Part shown: positions 19,940-29,040 of the stretch, piece after piece | Layout of the letters: each line of letters opens with the position of its first letter | Position numbering within the stretch: position 1 is the stretch's first letter | From: Caldilineales bacterium | GTDB taxonomy: Bacteria; Chloroflexota; Anaerolineae; Caldilineales; Caldilineaceae | Reading direction: 5' to 3' | Length of the DNA: 64,000 nt | Assembly: GCA_012271135.1 (NCBI GenBank) | Contig: JAAXGZ010000003.1 | Span: 452-64,451, forward strand | The notes under the pieces: generated by a model | Told to the model about the DNA's origin: nothing | What the model saw: only the letters and a program-made list of their open reading frames with translations | The model's database searches: none | Program-made: the position numbers and the translations under genes

Positions 19940-21268
19940 ATGAGCAAGTCGTCAGCGCGCCTAAACCGCAGGCAGTTCCTCACCTTGGCCGGCGCCGGAG
20001 CCATCGCCACGGGCCTGGCGGCCTGTGTGCCTGCCGCGCCCGTCGGCGATGCCGGGGACGGCGCCATGGAGGACGTCCAGTTGCAGTTCGTGACCAATCA
20101 CGGCGATGTCGAGATTCCGTTCTTCCAGCAGGTAGTGGATAACTTCACCGAAGCCAATCCCCACGTCCAGATCGACCTGCTGAATGTTTCCACGGAGTAC
20201 TACACCAAGATCAACACGCAGGGCGTCGGGGGTGATCTGCCGGACATCTTCTACACCCGGACGTTCGACGTGGTTCCCTACGCCTCCAAGGAGTGGACGG
20301 TCAACCTGCAGCCGCTGGTGGAGCGGGACAACATCGACACCGACGATTTCTGGGAAGCCGAAGTGGAACAGATCACGTACCAGGGCGATCTGTATGCCCT
20401 TCCCTACGACTTCTCAAACCTGGGCGTTGCCTACAACATCAACATCTTCAACGAGGCGGGCCTAGAGGTTCCGGACGGCAGTTGGGACTGGGACGGCCTG
20501 CGCACCGTGGCCGAATCGCTTACGACTCGGGAAGACGGCCGCACCACCCGCTGGGGGTGGGCCGCCCACCCCTGGCCCTGGGTCTGGGTTGGCATCATTG
20601 CGGCCAACGGCGGTGGCATCCTCAACGAGGATCAGACCGAGTGCATCATGGCCTCGCCCGAAAACATCGAGACCCTCAGCTTCTTCAAAAGCCTCTGGTC
20701 CGACAGCATCATCCCGGAACAAGGTGCCATGCCACAGGGGGTGGAGGGGTTCTCCGCCGGCATTCTGGCCATGACCACGATGGGTTCCTGGGCCACACAG
20801 TGGCGCCGCGCGGCCATCGGCGACAGTTTCGACTGGGATGTGACCGCCTACCCGTTCGGTTCCGAGGGGCGCCGGGCCGTTTCGGCCGCAGGTGGCGCCT
20901 GGGGCATTGCGACCAACTCCGACCATGTGGAGGAGACCTGGCAGTTCAATGTGCACCTAACCAGCACGGAGTCGACCAACATCCTGATCTCCGAACCGGT
21001 CCGCTCCATCCCGGGACGCAAGTCCTCGGTGCCGGCCTGGACAGCGGCGGCTGCCCGCGAGGATCTGCCGCCGCGGAACGTCGAAGTCTTCGCCGAAATG
21101 ATGGAGGATGCCTACTCGGCACCGTTCCCGGCCTATTGGAAGGACCTGGAGACGATCTGGTTCAATCGGGTGGCACCGCTGATTTCGGGCGGAGATCCTT
21201 CGGTGGATGTCGCCGAGTCCCTGGGCAAGTTCCAGGACGAGGTCAACGAGCTCATAGCCATTTCCTAG
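19940..21268 (+). CDS. sugar ABC substrate-binding lipoprotein (family 1), paralog 1
   Basis: ATG at 19940 preceded by aggag. Tat/lipobox MSKSSARLNRRQFLTLAGAGAIATGLAAC. 442 aa, collinear with the next gene. Confidence 0.85.
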   Translation: MSKSSARLNRRQFLTLAGAGAIATGLAACVPAAPVGDAGDGAMEDVQLQFVTNHGDVEIPFFQQVVDNFTEANPHVQIDLLNVSTEYYTKINTQGVGGDLPDIFYTRTFDVVPYASKEWTVNLQPLVERDNIDTDDFWEAEVEQITYQGDLYALPYDFSNLGVAYNINIFNEAGLEVPDGSWDWDGLRTVAESLTTREDGRTTRWGWAAHPWPWVWVGIIAANGGGILNEDQTECIMASPENIETLSFFKSLWSDSIIPEQGAMPQGVEGFSAGILAMTTMGSWATQWRRAAIGDSFDWDVTAYPFGSEGRRAVSAAGGAWGIATNSDHVEETWQFNVHLTSTESTNILISEPVRSIPGRKSSVPAWTAAAAREDLPPRNVEVFAEMMEDAYSAPFPAYWKDLETIWFNRVAPLISGGDPSVDVAESLGKFQDEVNELIAIS

Positions 21269-21300
21269 TGCGGTTGACCCTGTATGGGTTGGTCGCCGAG

Positions 21301-21330
21301 AGGCGGGGCCGCCACGCCGCGACCCCGCCT
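21301..21330 (+). terminator. hairpin after SBP paralog 1
   Basis: aggcgggg-(14 nt)-ccccgcct. The same structure recurs after paralog 2. There is no T-run. Confidence 0.4.
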
Positions 21331-21369
21331 TCCCTGATTCAACTCCGACGGTTGGGTTTATGTGTTCCC

Positions 21370-21518
21370 GCGGCTGTTCGGCTGGTCAGGGAACTGCAGC
21401 GAATGCCGGTCGGCTTGGCTCAACCACACCTTCGTCCTTCATCCATAGTGCAGTCTTGTCCTGCTCGACGCCATGTGTTGGCTTGCCACGCCTCCCATCG
21501 CCTGTTGATATGGCAGCC
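21370..21518 (-). repeat. dispersed repeat / decayed gene remnant, short copy
   Basis: Homologous to the two ends of 18068..18368 with the middle deleted. The minus strand gives ...EQDKTALWMKDEGVV... and ...SLQFPDQPNSRGNT*. The right-hand part also recurs at 19771..19808. Confidence 0.45.
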
Positions 21519-21637
21519 AAAGCCACCGTGATTCGAATTCGTTTCAGTATCGGGTAAAATTTTTCTTCGCAGGTACCGGCAGACTCCCGATCGGCCACCG
21601 TACCGAGCCATCGTTCAACCTAGACTAGAGTGAAAGC

Positions 21638-22966
21638 ATGAGCAAGATGTCAATGCGCCTGAACCGCAGGCAGTTCCTCACCCTGGCCGGTGCCGGAGCC
21701 ATCGCCACGGGTCTGGCGGCCTGTGTGCCCGCCGCTCCTGCTGGCGATGCCGGGGAAGCTGCCATGGAGGACATCCAGATTCAGTTCGTGACCAATCACG
21801 GTGACGCTGAACAACCCTTTTTCCAGCAGGTGGTGGACAACTTCACTGATGCCAACCCGCACATCCAGGTTGACTTGCTGAATGTCTCCGCGGAGTACTA
21901 CACCAAGATCAACACGCAAGGCGTGGGAGGCGATCTTCCGGACATTTTCTATACCCGAACTTGGGACGTGGTTCCCTACGCCTCCAAGGAGTGGACCGTC
22001 AACCTGCAACCCCTTGCTGAGCGCGACAACATTGATTTCGACGACTTTTGGGAAGCTGAATTGGAGCAAATCGTCTACCAGGGCGATCTGTATGCCCTTC
22101 CCTACGACTTCTCAAACCTGGGCGTTGCCTACAACATCGACATCTTCAACGAGGAGGGCATAGAGGTTCCGGACGGCAGTTGGGACTGGGACGGTCTGCG
22201 CAGCCTGGCCGAATCGCTCACGATTCGGGAAGACGGCCGCACCACCCGTTGGGGGTGGTCCGCCCACCCCTGGCCTTGGGTCTGGATTGGCATCATTGCG
22301 GCTAACGGTGGAGCTCTTCTCAACGAGGATCAGACCGAGTGCGTGATGAACTCACCCGAAAACATCGAGACCCTCAGCTTCTTCAAAAGCCTCTGGTCCG
22401 ACGGTATCATCCCGGAGCAAGGTGCCATGCCACAGGGGGTGGAGGGGTTCTCCGCCGGCCTTCTCGCCATGACCACAATGGGTTCCTGGGCGACGCAGTG
22501 GCGCCGCGGGGTGATTGGCGACAAATTCGACTGGGATGTGACTGCCTATCCATTTGGGTCCGAAGGACGACGGGCTGTCTCTGCCGGTGGTGGAGCATGG
22601 GGCATTGCCACCAACTCCAATCACATTGAAGAGACCTGGCAGTTCAATGTTCACCTGACCAGCACGGAGTCGACCAACATCCTGATCTCCGAACCGGTCC
22701 GCTCCATCCCGGGACGCAAGTCCTCAGTACCGGCTTGGACAGAGGCGGCTGCCCGCGAAGATCTGCCACCGCGGAACGTCGAAGTCTTCGCCGAAATGAT
22801 GGAGGATGCCTACTCGGCGCCGTTCCCAGCCTACTTTAAGGATCTGGAGACGATCTGGTTCAATCGGGTGGCACCGCTGATTGCGGGCGGAGATCCTTCG
22901 GTGGATGTCGCCGAGTCCCTGGCCAAGTTCCAGGACGAGGTCAACGAGCTTATTGCTAGTTACTAG
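21638..22966 (+). CDS. sugar ABC substrate-binding lipoprotein (family 1), paralog 2
   Basis: MSKMSMRLNRRQFLTLAGAGAIATGLAAC. 442 aa, with no indels relative to paralog 1. By eye, roughly nine residues in ten are identical. Confidence 0.85.
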   Translation: MSKMSMRLNRRQFLTLAGAGAIATGLAACVPAAPAGDAGEAAMEDIQIQFVTNHGDAEQPFFQQVVDNFTDANPHIQVDLLNVSAEYYTKINTQGVGGDLPDIFYTRTWDVVPYASKEWTVNLQPLAERDNIDFDDFWEAELEQIVYQGDLYALPYDFSNLGVAYNIDIFNEEGIEVPDGSWDWDGLRSLAESLTIREDGRTTRWGWSAHPWPWVWIGIIAANGGALLNEDQTECVMNSPENIETLSFFKSLWSDGIIPEQGAMPQGVEGFSAGLLAMTTMGSWATQWRRGVIGDKFDWDVTAYPFGSEGRRAVSAGGGAWGIATNSNHIEETWQFNVHLTSTESTNILISEPVRSIPGRKSSVPAWTEAAAREDLPPRNVEVFAEMMEDAYSAPFPAYFKDLETIWFNRVAPLIAGGDPSVDVAESLAKFQDEVNELIASY

Positions 22967-22998
22967 GGCGACTGACCCTGAATGGGTTGGTTGCCGAG

Positions 22999-23027
22999 AG
23001 GCGGGGTCGCCATGCGCGGCCCCGCCT
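22999..23027 (+). terminator. hairpin after SBP paralog 2
   Basis: aggcgggg-(13 nt)-ccccgcct, duplicated together with the gene. Confidence 0.4.
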
Positions 23028-23055
23028 TCCCTGATTCAACAACCCCGCCTGACCG

Positions 23056-23970
23056 TTGATTGCCTTGCCCAAGACTCCCAGGGCCCGGCGTGAGGCGCTG
23101 GAAGGCTATATCTTCCTGCTGCCTTGGCTGCTGGGGTTTCTGCTGTTTACAGCCGGACCCTTGCTGGCTTCGTTTTACCTGGGATTCACCTCCTACCGCG
23201 GAGACCGCAGTTGGCCGGACTGGATCGGGTTCGCCAACTTTACGAAGCTGTTCCAGGACGAGCTTTTCTGGCAGTCCCTGAAGGTCACAGTTATCTACGC
23301 CGTGGGCTTCCTGCCGCCGGGTATGGCGCTGGGCTTCAGCATCGCCCTGTTGATGAACCAGCGCGTCAAGGGCGTCAGCATCTTCCGGACCATCTACTAC
23401 CTGCCTTCGGTCATCACGGGCGTGGCCGTGGCCGTGCTGTGGGGTTTCGTATTCCACAAGGAATTCGGCATCCTCAATTCAGTTCTGGAGTGGTTCGGGG
23501 TCACGCCTATCTCGTGGCTCTTCAACTCGCGCTGGGTCATGGTTGCCTTCATCATCATGGGCCTCTGGGGGGTGGGCGACGGGATGATCATCTACCTCGC
23601 CGGCCTGCAGGGCATTCCGACGGAGTTGTACGAGGCGGCTTCAATTGACGGCGCCCGGCGCATGCGGCGGTTCTGGAACGTCACGATCCCCATGATGTCT
23701 CCGACCCTGTTCTTCGTGCTGGTGACGGCGCTGATCAAGACGTTCCAGATCTTCACCACCGCGTACATCATGACGCGGGGTGGGCCCAACTACGCGACCT
23801 ATTTCTTCAGTGTCAACATCTACAACACGACCTTCGTGTCGTTGCGCTTCGGCTATGCCTCGGCCCTGGCCTGGCTGTTGTTCGTATTGATCTTCCTGCT
23901 GACCCTATTGCTGTTCCGGTCGGCGAAGTTCTGGGTTTTCTATGCGGGCGAAAAGGAGGAAGCGGCGTGA
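23056..23970 (+). CDS. sugar ABC transporter permease (MalF/UgpA-like)
   Basis: Apparent TTG start. Contains EGYIFLLPWLLGF and the EAA loop LYEAASIDGARRMRRFWNVTIPMM. Confidence 0.85.
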   Translation: MIALPKTPRARREALEGYIFLLPWLLGFLLFTAGPLLASFYLGFTSYRGDRSWPDWIGFANFTKLFQDELFWQSLKVTVIYAVGFLPPGMALGFSIALLMNQRVKGVSIFRTIYYLPSVITGVAVAVLWGFVFHKEFGILNSVLEWFGVTPISWLFNSRWVMVAFIIMGLWGVGDGMIIYLAGLQGIPTELYEAASIDGARRMRRFWNVTIPMMSPTLFFVLVTALIKTFQIFTTAYIMTRGGPNYATYFFSVNIYNTTFVSLRFGYASALAWLLFVLIFLLTLLLFRSAKFWVFYAGEKEEAA

Positions 23971-24845
23971 CAGTCGGCACGGAACAGATTGCCCAGACTT
24001 CCGGCGACGGCGAAGGTCGCAAGCTGGGTACGGCGGAGACGATCGTCACCTACATCGTCATTCTGGCCGGAGCCGTTGGGCTCATGTTTCCGTTTGCGTG
24101 GATGCTGTCGACCAGCCTCAAGCCGCTGGACGAGGTGTACAGCTATCCGATCATCTGGATTCCGTCCCAGATTGTCTTCGAGAATTACATTGAAGTCTTT
24201 AAGAAGGTGCCCTTTGCCCGGTACCTCTGGAACTCTTTCGTACTGTCGGTGCTGGGGATCATCGGCAACATGGCCGGCAGTTCGCTGGCGGCCTTCAGCT
24301 TTGCCCGGCTGCGTTATCCGGGCCGTTCTTTTTTCTTCATCATGATGCTGAGCACGATGATGGTGCCCATCTGGGTGACCATGGTGCCGACCTTCGTCAT
24401 GTTTTCCCGACTCGGCTGGCTGGACACCTACCTGCCGATCCTGCTGCCGGCCTACTTCGCCGTTCCGTTCTTCACGTTCCTGATGCGGCAGTTCTTCCTC
24501 AGTGTGCCCGTGGAGATCGAGGACTCGGCCCGGATCGACGGCTGTTCTTCCTTCGGGGTGTTCTTCCGGATTCTGATGCCGTTGTCCGTTCCGGCCCTGG
24601 CCACCGTGGCCATTTTCTCGTTCTTCTTCTACTGGAACGATCTACTGGGTCCGCTGATCTACCTGCGGTCGCAGTTGAAGTTCCCGGTGGCCATGGGCAT
24701 CGCCTCGTTCCAGACCGAGCAGTATGCGAACTTCGCCCTGATGATGGCCGCCGCCACAATGGCCGTGGCCCCGATGCTGGTGGTCTTCTTCTTCACCCAG
24801 CGCCTGTTCATCCAGGGTGTGGTCATCACCGGGGTTAAGGGGTAG
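23967..24845 (+). CDS. sugar ABC transporter permease (MalG/UgpE-like)
   Basis: 4-nt overlap with the upstream permease. Contains FPFAWMLSTSLKP and the EAA loop IEDSARIDGCSSFGVFFRILMPL. Confidence 0.85.
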   Translation: MTVGTEQIAQTSGDGEGRKLGTAETIVTYIVILAGAVGLMFPFAWMLSTSLKPLDEVYSYPIIWIPSQIVFENYIEVFKKVPFARYLWNSFVLSVLGIIGNMAGSSLAAFSFARLRYPGRSFFFIMMLSTMMVPIWVTMVPTFVMFSRLGWLDTYLPILLPAYFAVPFFTFLMRQFFLSVPVEIEDSARIDGCSSFGVFFRILMPLSVPALATVAIFSFFFYWNDLLGPLIYLRSQLKFPVAMGIASFQTEQYANFALMMAAATMAVAPMLVVFFFTQRLFIQGVVITGVKG

Positions 24846-24951
24846 CGCTTGGATCGCACCGGCAAGCCAATCATTCACTGGAGGATTGGATTTCGAACAA
24901 GGTTGGACAGCATTCCCACGACATCGGGCCGGTTCGGCCCGGAGGCCTCCC

Positions 24952-25974
24952 ATGCAGAACATACTGACCGAGCGAGAGGAACTGGCTGACGGGATGCCCC
25001 GCGACGCGCGGGGATTCTGGCAGCCCGAGGACGGGACGGCGGATCCCAATCCGTGGTTGGCGTGGCCCCTGAAGCCGAAGGAGGCCCTGACCTGGCTCAA
25101 GGATTACATCTACCCCTGGAACCTCATCTACGCGGCCCTCGCCACGTTGACCTGGTACTTCCTGACGCCGGACCTGACGCGTACGGCCGAATTCCAGTGG
25201 GACTGGATCCTGCAGGTCTTTCTCCGCAACCAGGTGATGCTGATCGTCATCGTGAGTGCCTGGCACATCTGGCTCTGGGTCAAGAAGTCGCAGGGGCTGC
25301 AGTACAAGTACACCTCGGACTGGATGGGAGCCGGCAAGCGCCAGTTCCTGTGGAACAACCAGGTGCGCGACAACGTCTTCTGGAGCTGTGTCAGCGGTGG
25401 CATCACGTGGACCGCCTACGAAGTCCTGATGCTCTGGGCCTACGGTAGGGGCATCATCCCCTACCTGGACCCCGCGGCCGGCCCCCTACAGATTGTCTGG
25501 TTCGTTCTAATCCTGGCGGCCATTCCGCTGTTCAGGCTGTTCCACTTCTACTGGGTGCATCGGCTTCTGCACTGGCCGCCCCTTTACAAGGCTGGCCACT
25601 ACCTGCACCACAAGAACATCAACATCGGTCCGTGGTCCGGCTTGGCCATGCATCCGATCGAGCACATCCTGTACTACAGCTGCATCCTGATCCACTGGGT
25701 GGTGCCATCCCATCCCATCCACATGATCCTGAATGCGCAGCACGCGTCCTTCACCCCGGCCCAGGGTCATGTCGGATTCGAGCACGTGGTGGTCGGGGAG
25801 AAGGGGAAGATCCCGGCCGGCTCCTACTTCCACCAGTTGCATCATCGCTACTTCGAGTGCAACTACGGGGAACCGGACATTCCCTTCGACCACTGGTTCG
25901 GCACGAGCCATGACGGCTCCGCCGAAGCACATGAGCAGATGCGGGTGAAGAGGCGGGCCGTGCACAACGTGTGA
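24952..25974 (+). CDS. fatty-acid hydroxylase / sterol-desaturase superfamily membrane di-iron enzyme
   Basis: Internal ATG at 24952. Three histidine boxes are present: HFYWVHRLLH, HYLHHKN and HQLHHRY. There are several TM helices. Confidence 0.8.
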   Translation: MQNILTEREELADGMPRDARGFWQPEDGTADPNPWLAWPLKPKEALTWLKDYIYPWNLIYAALATLTWYFLTPDLTRTAEFQWDWILQVFLRNQVMLIVIVSAWHIWLWVKKSQGLQYKYTSDWMGAGKRQFLWNNQVRDNVFWSCVSGGITWTAYEVLMLWAYGRGIIPYLDPAAGPLQIVWFVLILAAIPLFRLFHFYWVHRLLHWPPLYKAGHYLHHKNINIGPWSGLAMHPIEHILYYSCILIHWVVPSHPIHMILNAQHASFTPAQGHVGFEHVVVGEKGKIPAGSYFHQLHHRYFECNYGEPDIPFDHWFGTSHDGSAEAHEQMRVKRRAVHNV

Positions 25975-26110
25975 ACGCGGCCTGGTGCATGCCAGCGGCT
26001 GCCTTTGGTTCCGGTATTCGACTTACTTTCCGGTCTTGGCCGGTTGCTTGGCCGCCGTGCGGTTGCCGGCAAAGCATCCTGGTCGGCCGGACCGTGATGT
26101 TTGTTGAGCG

Positions 26111-26148
26111 AATCCTGTCTCCGAGAAGCATTTCTCGGAGACAGGATT
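26111..26148. terminator. bidirectional hairpin (17-bp perfect stem) at the left island border
   Basis: aatcctgtctccgagaa-gcat-ttctcggagacaggatt, between the convergent hydroxylase and XRE-remnant genes. Confidence 0.6.
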
Positions 26149-26153
26149 AATTG

Positions 26154-26354
26154 TCAGTGGCTTTCAACCTCTCCCACGTTGGAGAAGTTGGTGATTGCTA
26201 TCTCGCCCTCGGGAAACTCGGCCACAATCTTCAACTGCCCGCCCACTGCCTCGACGTAGGACCGGAGGCTTGACACGTACATGTCATCGATGCGCTGTTG
26301 GCGCTTCGGCGGGAAGTTCTTGGTCAACTCGTTGAACGGATGGCGTCCACTCAT
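26154..26354 (-). pseudogene. XRE-type antitoxin relic with an in-frame deletion of the HTH
   Basis: 66 aa: MSGRHPFNELTKNFPPKRQQRIDDMYVSSLRSYVEAVGGQLKIVAEFPEGEIAITNFSNV. The N-terminal and C-terminal segments match the roughly 100-110-aa XRE antitoxin family (M..H.F.EL....P...... / TDMY.S.LR.Y.EA.GG.L.I.A.FP). The central HTH of about 40 aa is missing. Confidence 0.55.
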
Positions 26355-26397
26355 TTGATCGACCCCTCCAGTCTCGGTTCTGGATTAGGTTGTAGGA

Positions 26398-27678
26398 ATG
26401 GAAAAAGCTAGAGCCTTCATTTTCGGTGTGCTTGCGACCATGTTGGTACTGGTCGTGTTGGCATTCTTCGTCGTCAACGACCGATTCGGTTTGATGCTGA
26501 AACTGGTGGGTCCTAAGTATGAAGTTCCGCAAGAACACTTAGATAAGCTTCAAGAAATGTTTCCCGCTCCTTCGACTTTGGATCGTTCTTTAGATGCAAA
26601 TGAACAACTGTGCGTATTCCAAGTCAACCCCGGCATCGTAGGTGATGTCGATATTTTCGACAAAATCCCTGATAGTTGGTGGGCCAAAACCCTGACAGAT
26701 CGAGAGATCAACGAGCCACAACTTGAGGAAGACTACTTCCTGTTGCTAGATGGGACACCAGGGTACGGCGATGACGAGTTCTGGTTCCATGTGCGCCATT
26801 TCAAGGCTTCAGCACCCACGATCATGCTGGAGGAGGGCTGGGTTCGAGCGACAAACCTTCAGGCCCAGACACCTGAATGCAGTCTGGGTGGACTCGTGTC
26901 CGAAGATGTGCCTGTCCCCACGGCCACCCGCGGCCCAACGGCTACAGCCACTGTGGTCGTGTCTGTGGTGACACCGGTACAAGGGGAGTCACCCTGCACC
27001 TATCGGGCCCAGCCCGGCATTGTGGGCGACATCGACATATTTGATGCGATTCCCCAAGACTGGCTGGACAAGACGCTGCACGACCGCGAGATTGACGAAC
27101 CCCAACCGGAAACCGATTTCTTCCTGTTGCTCGATGAGACTCCGGGCTACGGTGACGATGAGTACTGGCTCCATGTGCGTCATTTCAAGGCTTCAGCACC
27201 CACGATCATGCTGGAGGAGGGCTGGATCCGAGTGACAAACCTTCAGGCGCTGACACCTGAATGCAGTCTGGGTGGACTCGTGTCCGAAGATGTGCCTGTC
27301 CCCACGGCCATCCGCGGCCCGACGGCTACGGCCGCAGTGGTCGTTCCCGTGGTGACACCGGTACAAGGGGAGCTACCTTGCATCTATCGGGCCCAGCCCG
27401 GCATTGTGGGCGACATTGACATTTTCGATGAGATTCCCCAAGGCTGGTTGGACAAGACGCTGCACGACCGCGAGATTGACGAACCCCAACCGGAAACCGA
27501 TTTCTTCCTGTTGCTTGATGAGACTCCGGGCTACGGTGACGACGAGTACTGGCTCCATGTTCATCACTTCAAGGCATTGGCTCCGGACATCATGTTGGAG
27601 AAGGGCTGGGTGCGGGTTACGAACCTCCAAGCCTTGACAACTGAGTGTACGCTTGAAGCACTCATGCAACATCGTTAA
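26398..27678 (+). CDS. membrane-anchored hypothetical protein made of three 128-aa tandem repeats
   Basis: N-terminal TM helix AFIFGVLATMLVLVVLAFFVV. Repeats begin at Cys72, Cys200 and Cys328, and the third lacks the linker. Each unit reads C..(R/Q)..PGIVGD(V/I)DIFD.IP..W..KTL.DREI.EPQ.E.D(Y/F)FLLLD.TPGYGDDE(F/Y)W(F/L)HV.HFKA.AP.IMLE.GW.R.TNLQA.T.EC. GC content is clearly lower than in flanking DNA. Confidence 0.7.
   Translation: MEKARAFIFGVLATMLVLVVLAFFVVNDRFGLMLKLVGPKYEVPQEHLDKLQEMFPAPSTLDRSLDANEQLCVFQVNPGIVGDVDIFDKIPDSWWAKTLTDREINEPQLEEDYFLLLDGTPGYGDDEFWFHVRHFKASAPTIMLEEGWVRATNLQAQTPECSLGGLVSEDVPVPTATRGPTATATVVVSVVTPVQGESPCTYRAQPGIVGDIDIFDAIPQDWLDKTLHDREIDEPQPETDFFLLLDETPGYGDDEYWLHVRHFKASAPTIMLEEGWIRVTNLQALTPECSLGGLVSEDVPVPTAIRGPTATAAVVVPVVTPVQGELPCIYRAQPGIVGDIDIFDEIPQGWLDKTLHDREIDEPQPETDFFLLLDETPGYGDDEYWLHVHHFKALAPDIMLEKGWVRVTNLQALTTECTLEALMQHR
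26611..27675 (+). repeat. 384-bp tandem repeat, 2.8 copies (26611, 26995, 27379)
   Basis: Exact period of 384 nt. Copies 2 and 3 are near-identical at the nucleotide level; copy 1 is more diverged. Confidence 0.85.
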
Positions 27679-27849
27679 CCAACTGAGGCTTGGGAAGGAA
27701 TTCGAGATGGCCCACCAGTGTTACTGCACCCAATAGCAGTCGTGTCAAGGAACCCCCAAACTTGCCTATGGGGATGGAAACTTCATCTCCTTTCGACGAT
27801 TGGCATCCCATTGCTTGATTGAAGTATGGGCTTACGGTCGCCTCTCGGA

Positions 27850-29010
27850 TCACGGCTCCTCTTCCGTCAGAATTCGCAAGTATTCTTGGTACGCGTACAC
27901 CCGACCGCGTCGCTTGCCCGTGATCTCGCGCAATACGCCAAGGTCTTGCAGCAACCCTATCGCCTTGCTGGATGTTGGGGCTGTTAGACCGAGTAGCCCT
28001 GAAGCACTGGGGACAGTGACGACCGGATTGGACGGTAGGCAGTCGAGCAATCGGATCGCCGCGACCGTGGGGCTTTTGTGTTCGAGGAGGCGGCTGCGGT
28101 TACGTTCAATCAGCGCATGGAGAGCCTGAGCGACACGCACTCCGTCGGCTGCGGCTGTCTGTACACAGCCGAGAAAAAACCGGGTCCAACCTTCCCAGTC
28201 TCCAGTTTGGCGTACGGCATCCAAATGCGCGTAGTACTCTTGCTGGTTCCGTTTCAAGGCCAAACTGAGGTAGAGCAGAGGCTGGTCGAGTAGACCCCAA
28301 TGCTCCAACAGCAAGGCAATCAACAGCCGGCCGATGCGTCCGTTACCATCTAGGAAAGGATGGATTGTCTCGAACTGCACATGGGCCAGACCAGTTCTCA
28401 CGAGAGGTGGGAGATCGTGTTCCGCATGGAGCCATCTCTCCAGTGCACCGAGCGCGCTGGCCACCTCATCCGGTGGTGGGGGTACAAAATGGGCGTTGCC
28501 GGGGCGACTGCCACCGATCCAGTTCTGCGAACGACGGAGTTCCCCCGGTAGTTTGTCTTCGCCACGAACGCCGGCCATGAGAATTCGGTGCGCCTCACAC
28601 AACAAGCGGATGCTGATCGGCAGTCCTTTGGGATCTGCAATCCGAGCCCGAGTGTGCGCTAGGGCATCCATATAGTTGAGGACCTCGCGTACATCATCCG
28701 GTCGATCACTGTGCTGGGTAGCCTCAAATGCTACAACGTCCTGAAGCGTTGCCTGCGTGCCTTCGATTTGCGATGTGACCACTGCCTCCTTGCGAACGAA
28801 TCCGTACAGGAACAAGCCTGGGTTCGGTACCACCGAGCCCGCGACTGCAAGTCGTGCCAGTTCCGCTAATGCAGCAGTATGTAGATTGGAGGTCAGGTCA
28901 TCCAACTCCAGCGGAGGCTCGACCGGGGGGAGTGGGAAGGGCACAAACGCGCGTACCTCTTCTCCACCTTTGGTACTGGTGATGCGGTATCGACCGGTCT
29001 GACGAGTCAC
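27850..29010 (-). CDS. Fic-family protein (AMPylase-type) with N-terminal inhibitory helix and C-terminal wHTH
   Basis: Fic motif HPFLDGNGRIGRLL. Inhibitory motif TSQIEG ([S/T]xxxE[G/N]). C-terminal wHTH is LGLTAPTSSKAIGLLQDLGVLREITGKRRGRVY. The GTG at 29010 has gaggag 9 nt upstream, and the longer ORF reaching 29205 lacks homology-like sequence. Confidence 0.85.
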   Translation of the reverse strand: MTRQTGRYRITSTKGGEEVRAFVPFPLPPVEPPLELDDLTSNLHTAALAELARLAVAGSVVPNPGLFLYGFVRKEAVVTSQIEGTQATLQDVVAFEATQHSDRPDDVREVLNYMDALAHTRARIADPKGLPISIRLLCEAHRILMAGVRGEDKLPGELRRSQNWIGGSRPGNAHFVPPPPDEVASALGALERWLHAEHDLPPLVRTGLAHVQFETIHPFLDGNGRIGRLLIALLLEHWGLLDQPLLYLSLALKRNQQEYYAHLDAVRQTGDWEGWTRFFLGCVQTAAADGVRVAQALHALIERNRSRLLEHKSPTVAAIRLLDCLPSNPVVTVPSASGLLGLTAPTSSKAIGLLQDLGVLREITGKRRGRVYAYQEYLRILTEEEP

Positions 29011-29040
29011 AGGGGAAAGCTCCTCAATCTTTCTCAGGGG

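Noticed and set aside
18592-20097. Full 501-aa ORF as the Uma2 paralog-2 gene.
   Set aside because: The first 129 codons or so run through the dispersed repeat and the SBP promoter region and have no counterpart in paralog 1. The internal ATG at 19710 gives a protein collinear with paralog 1.
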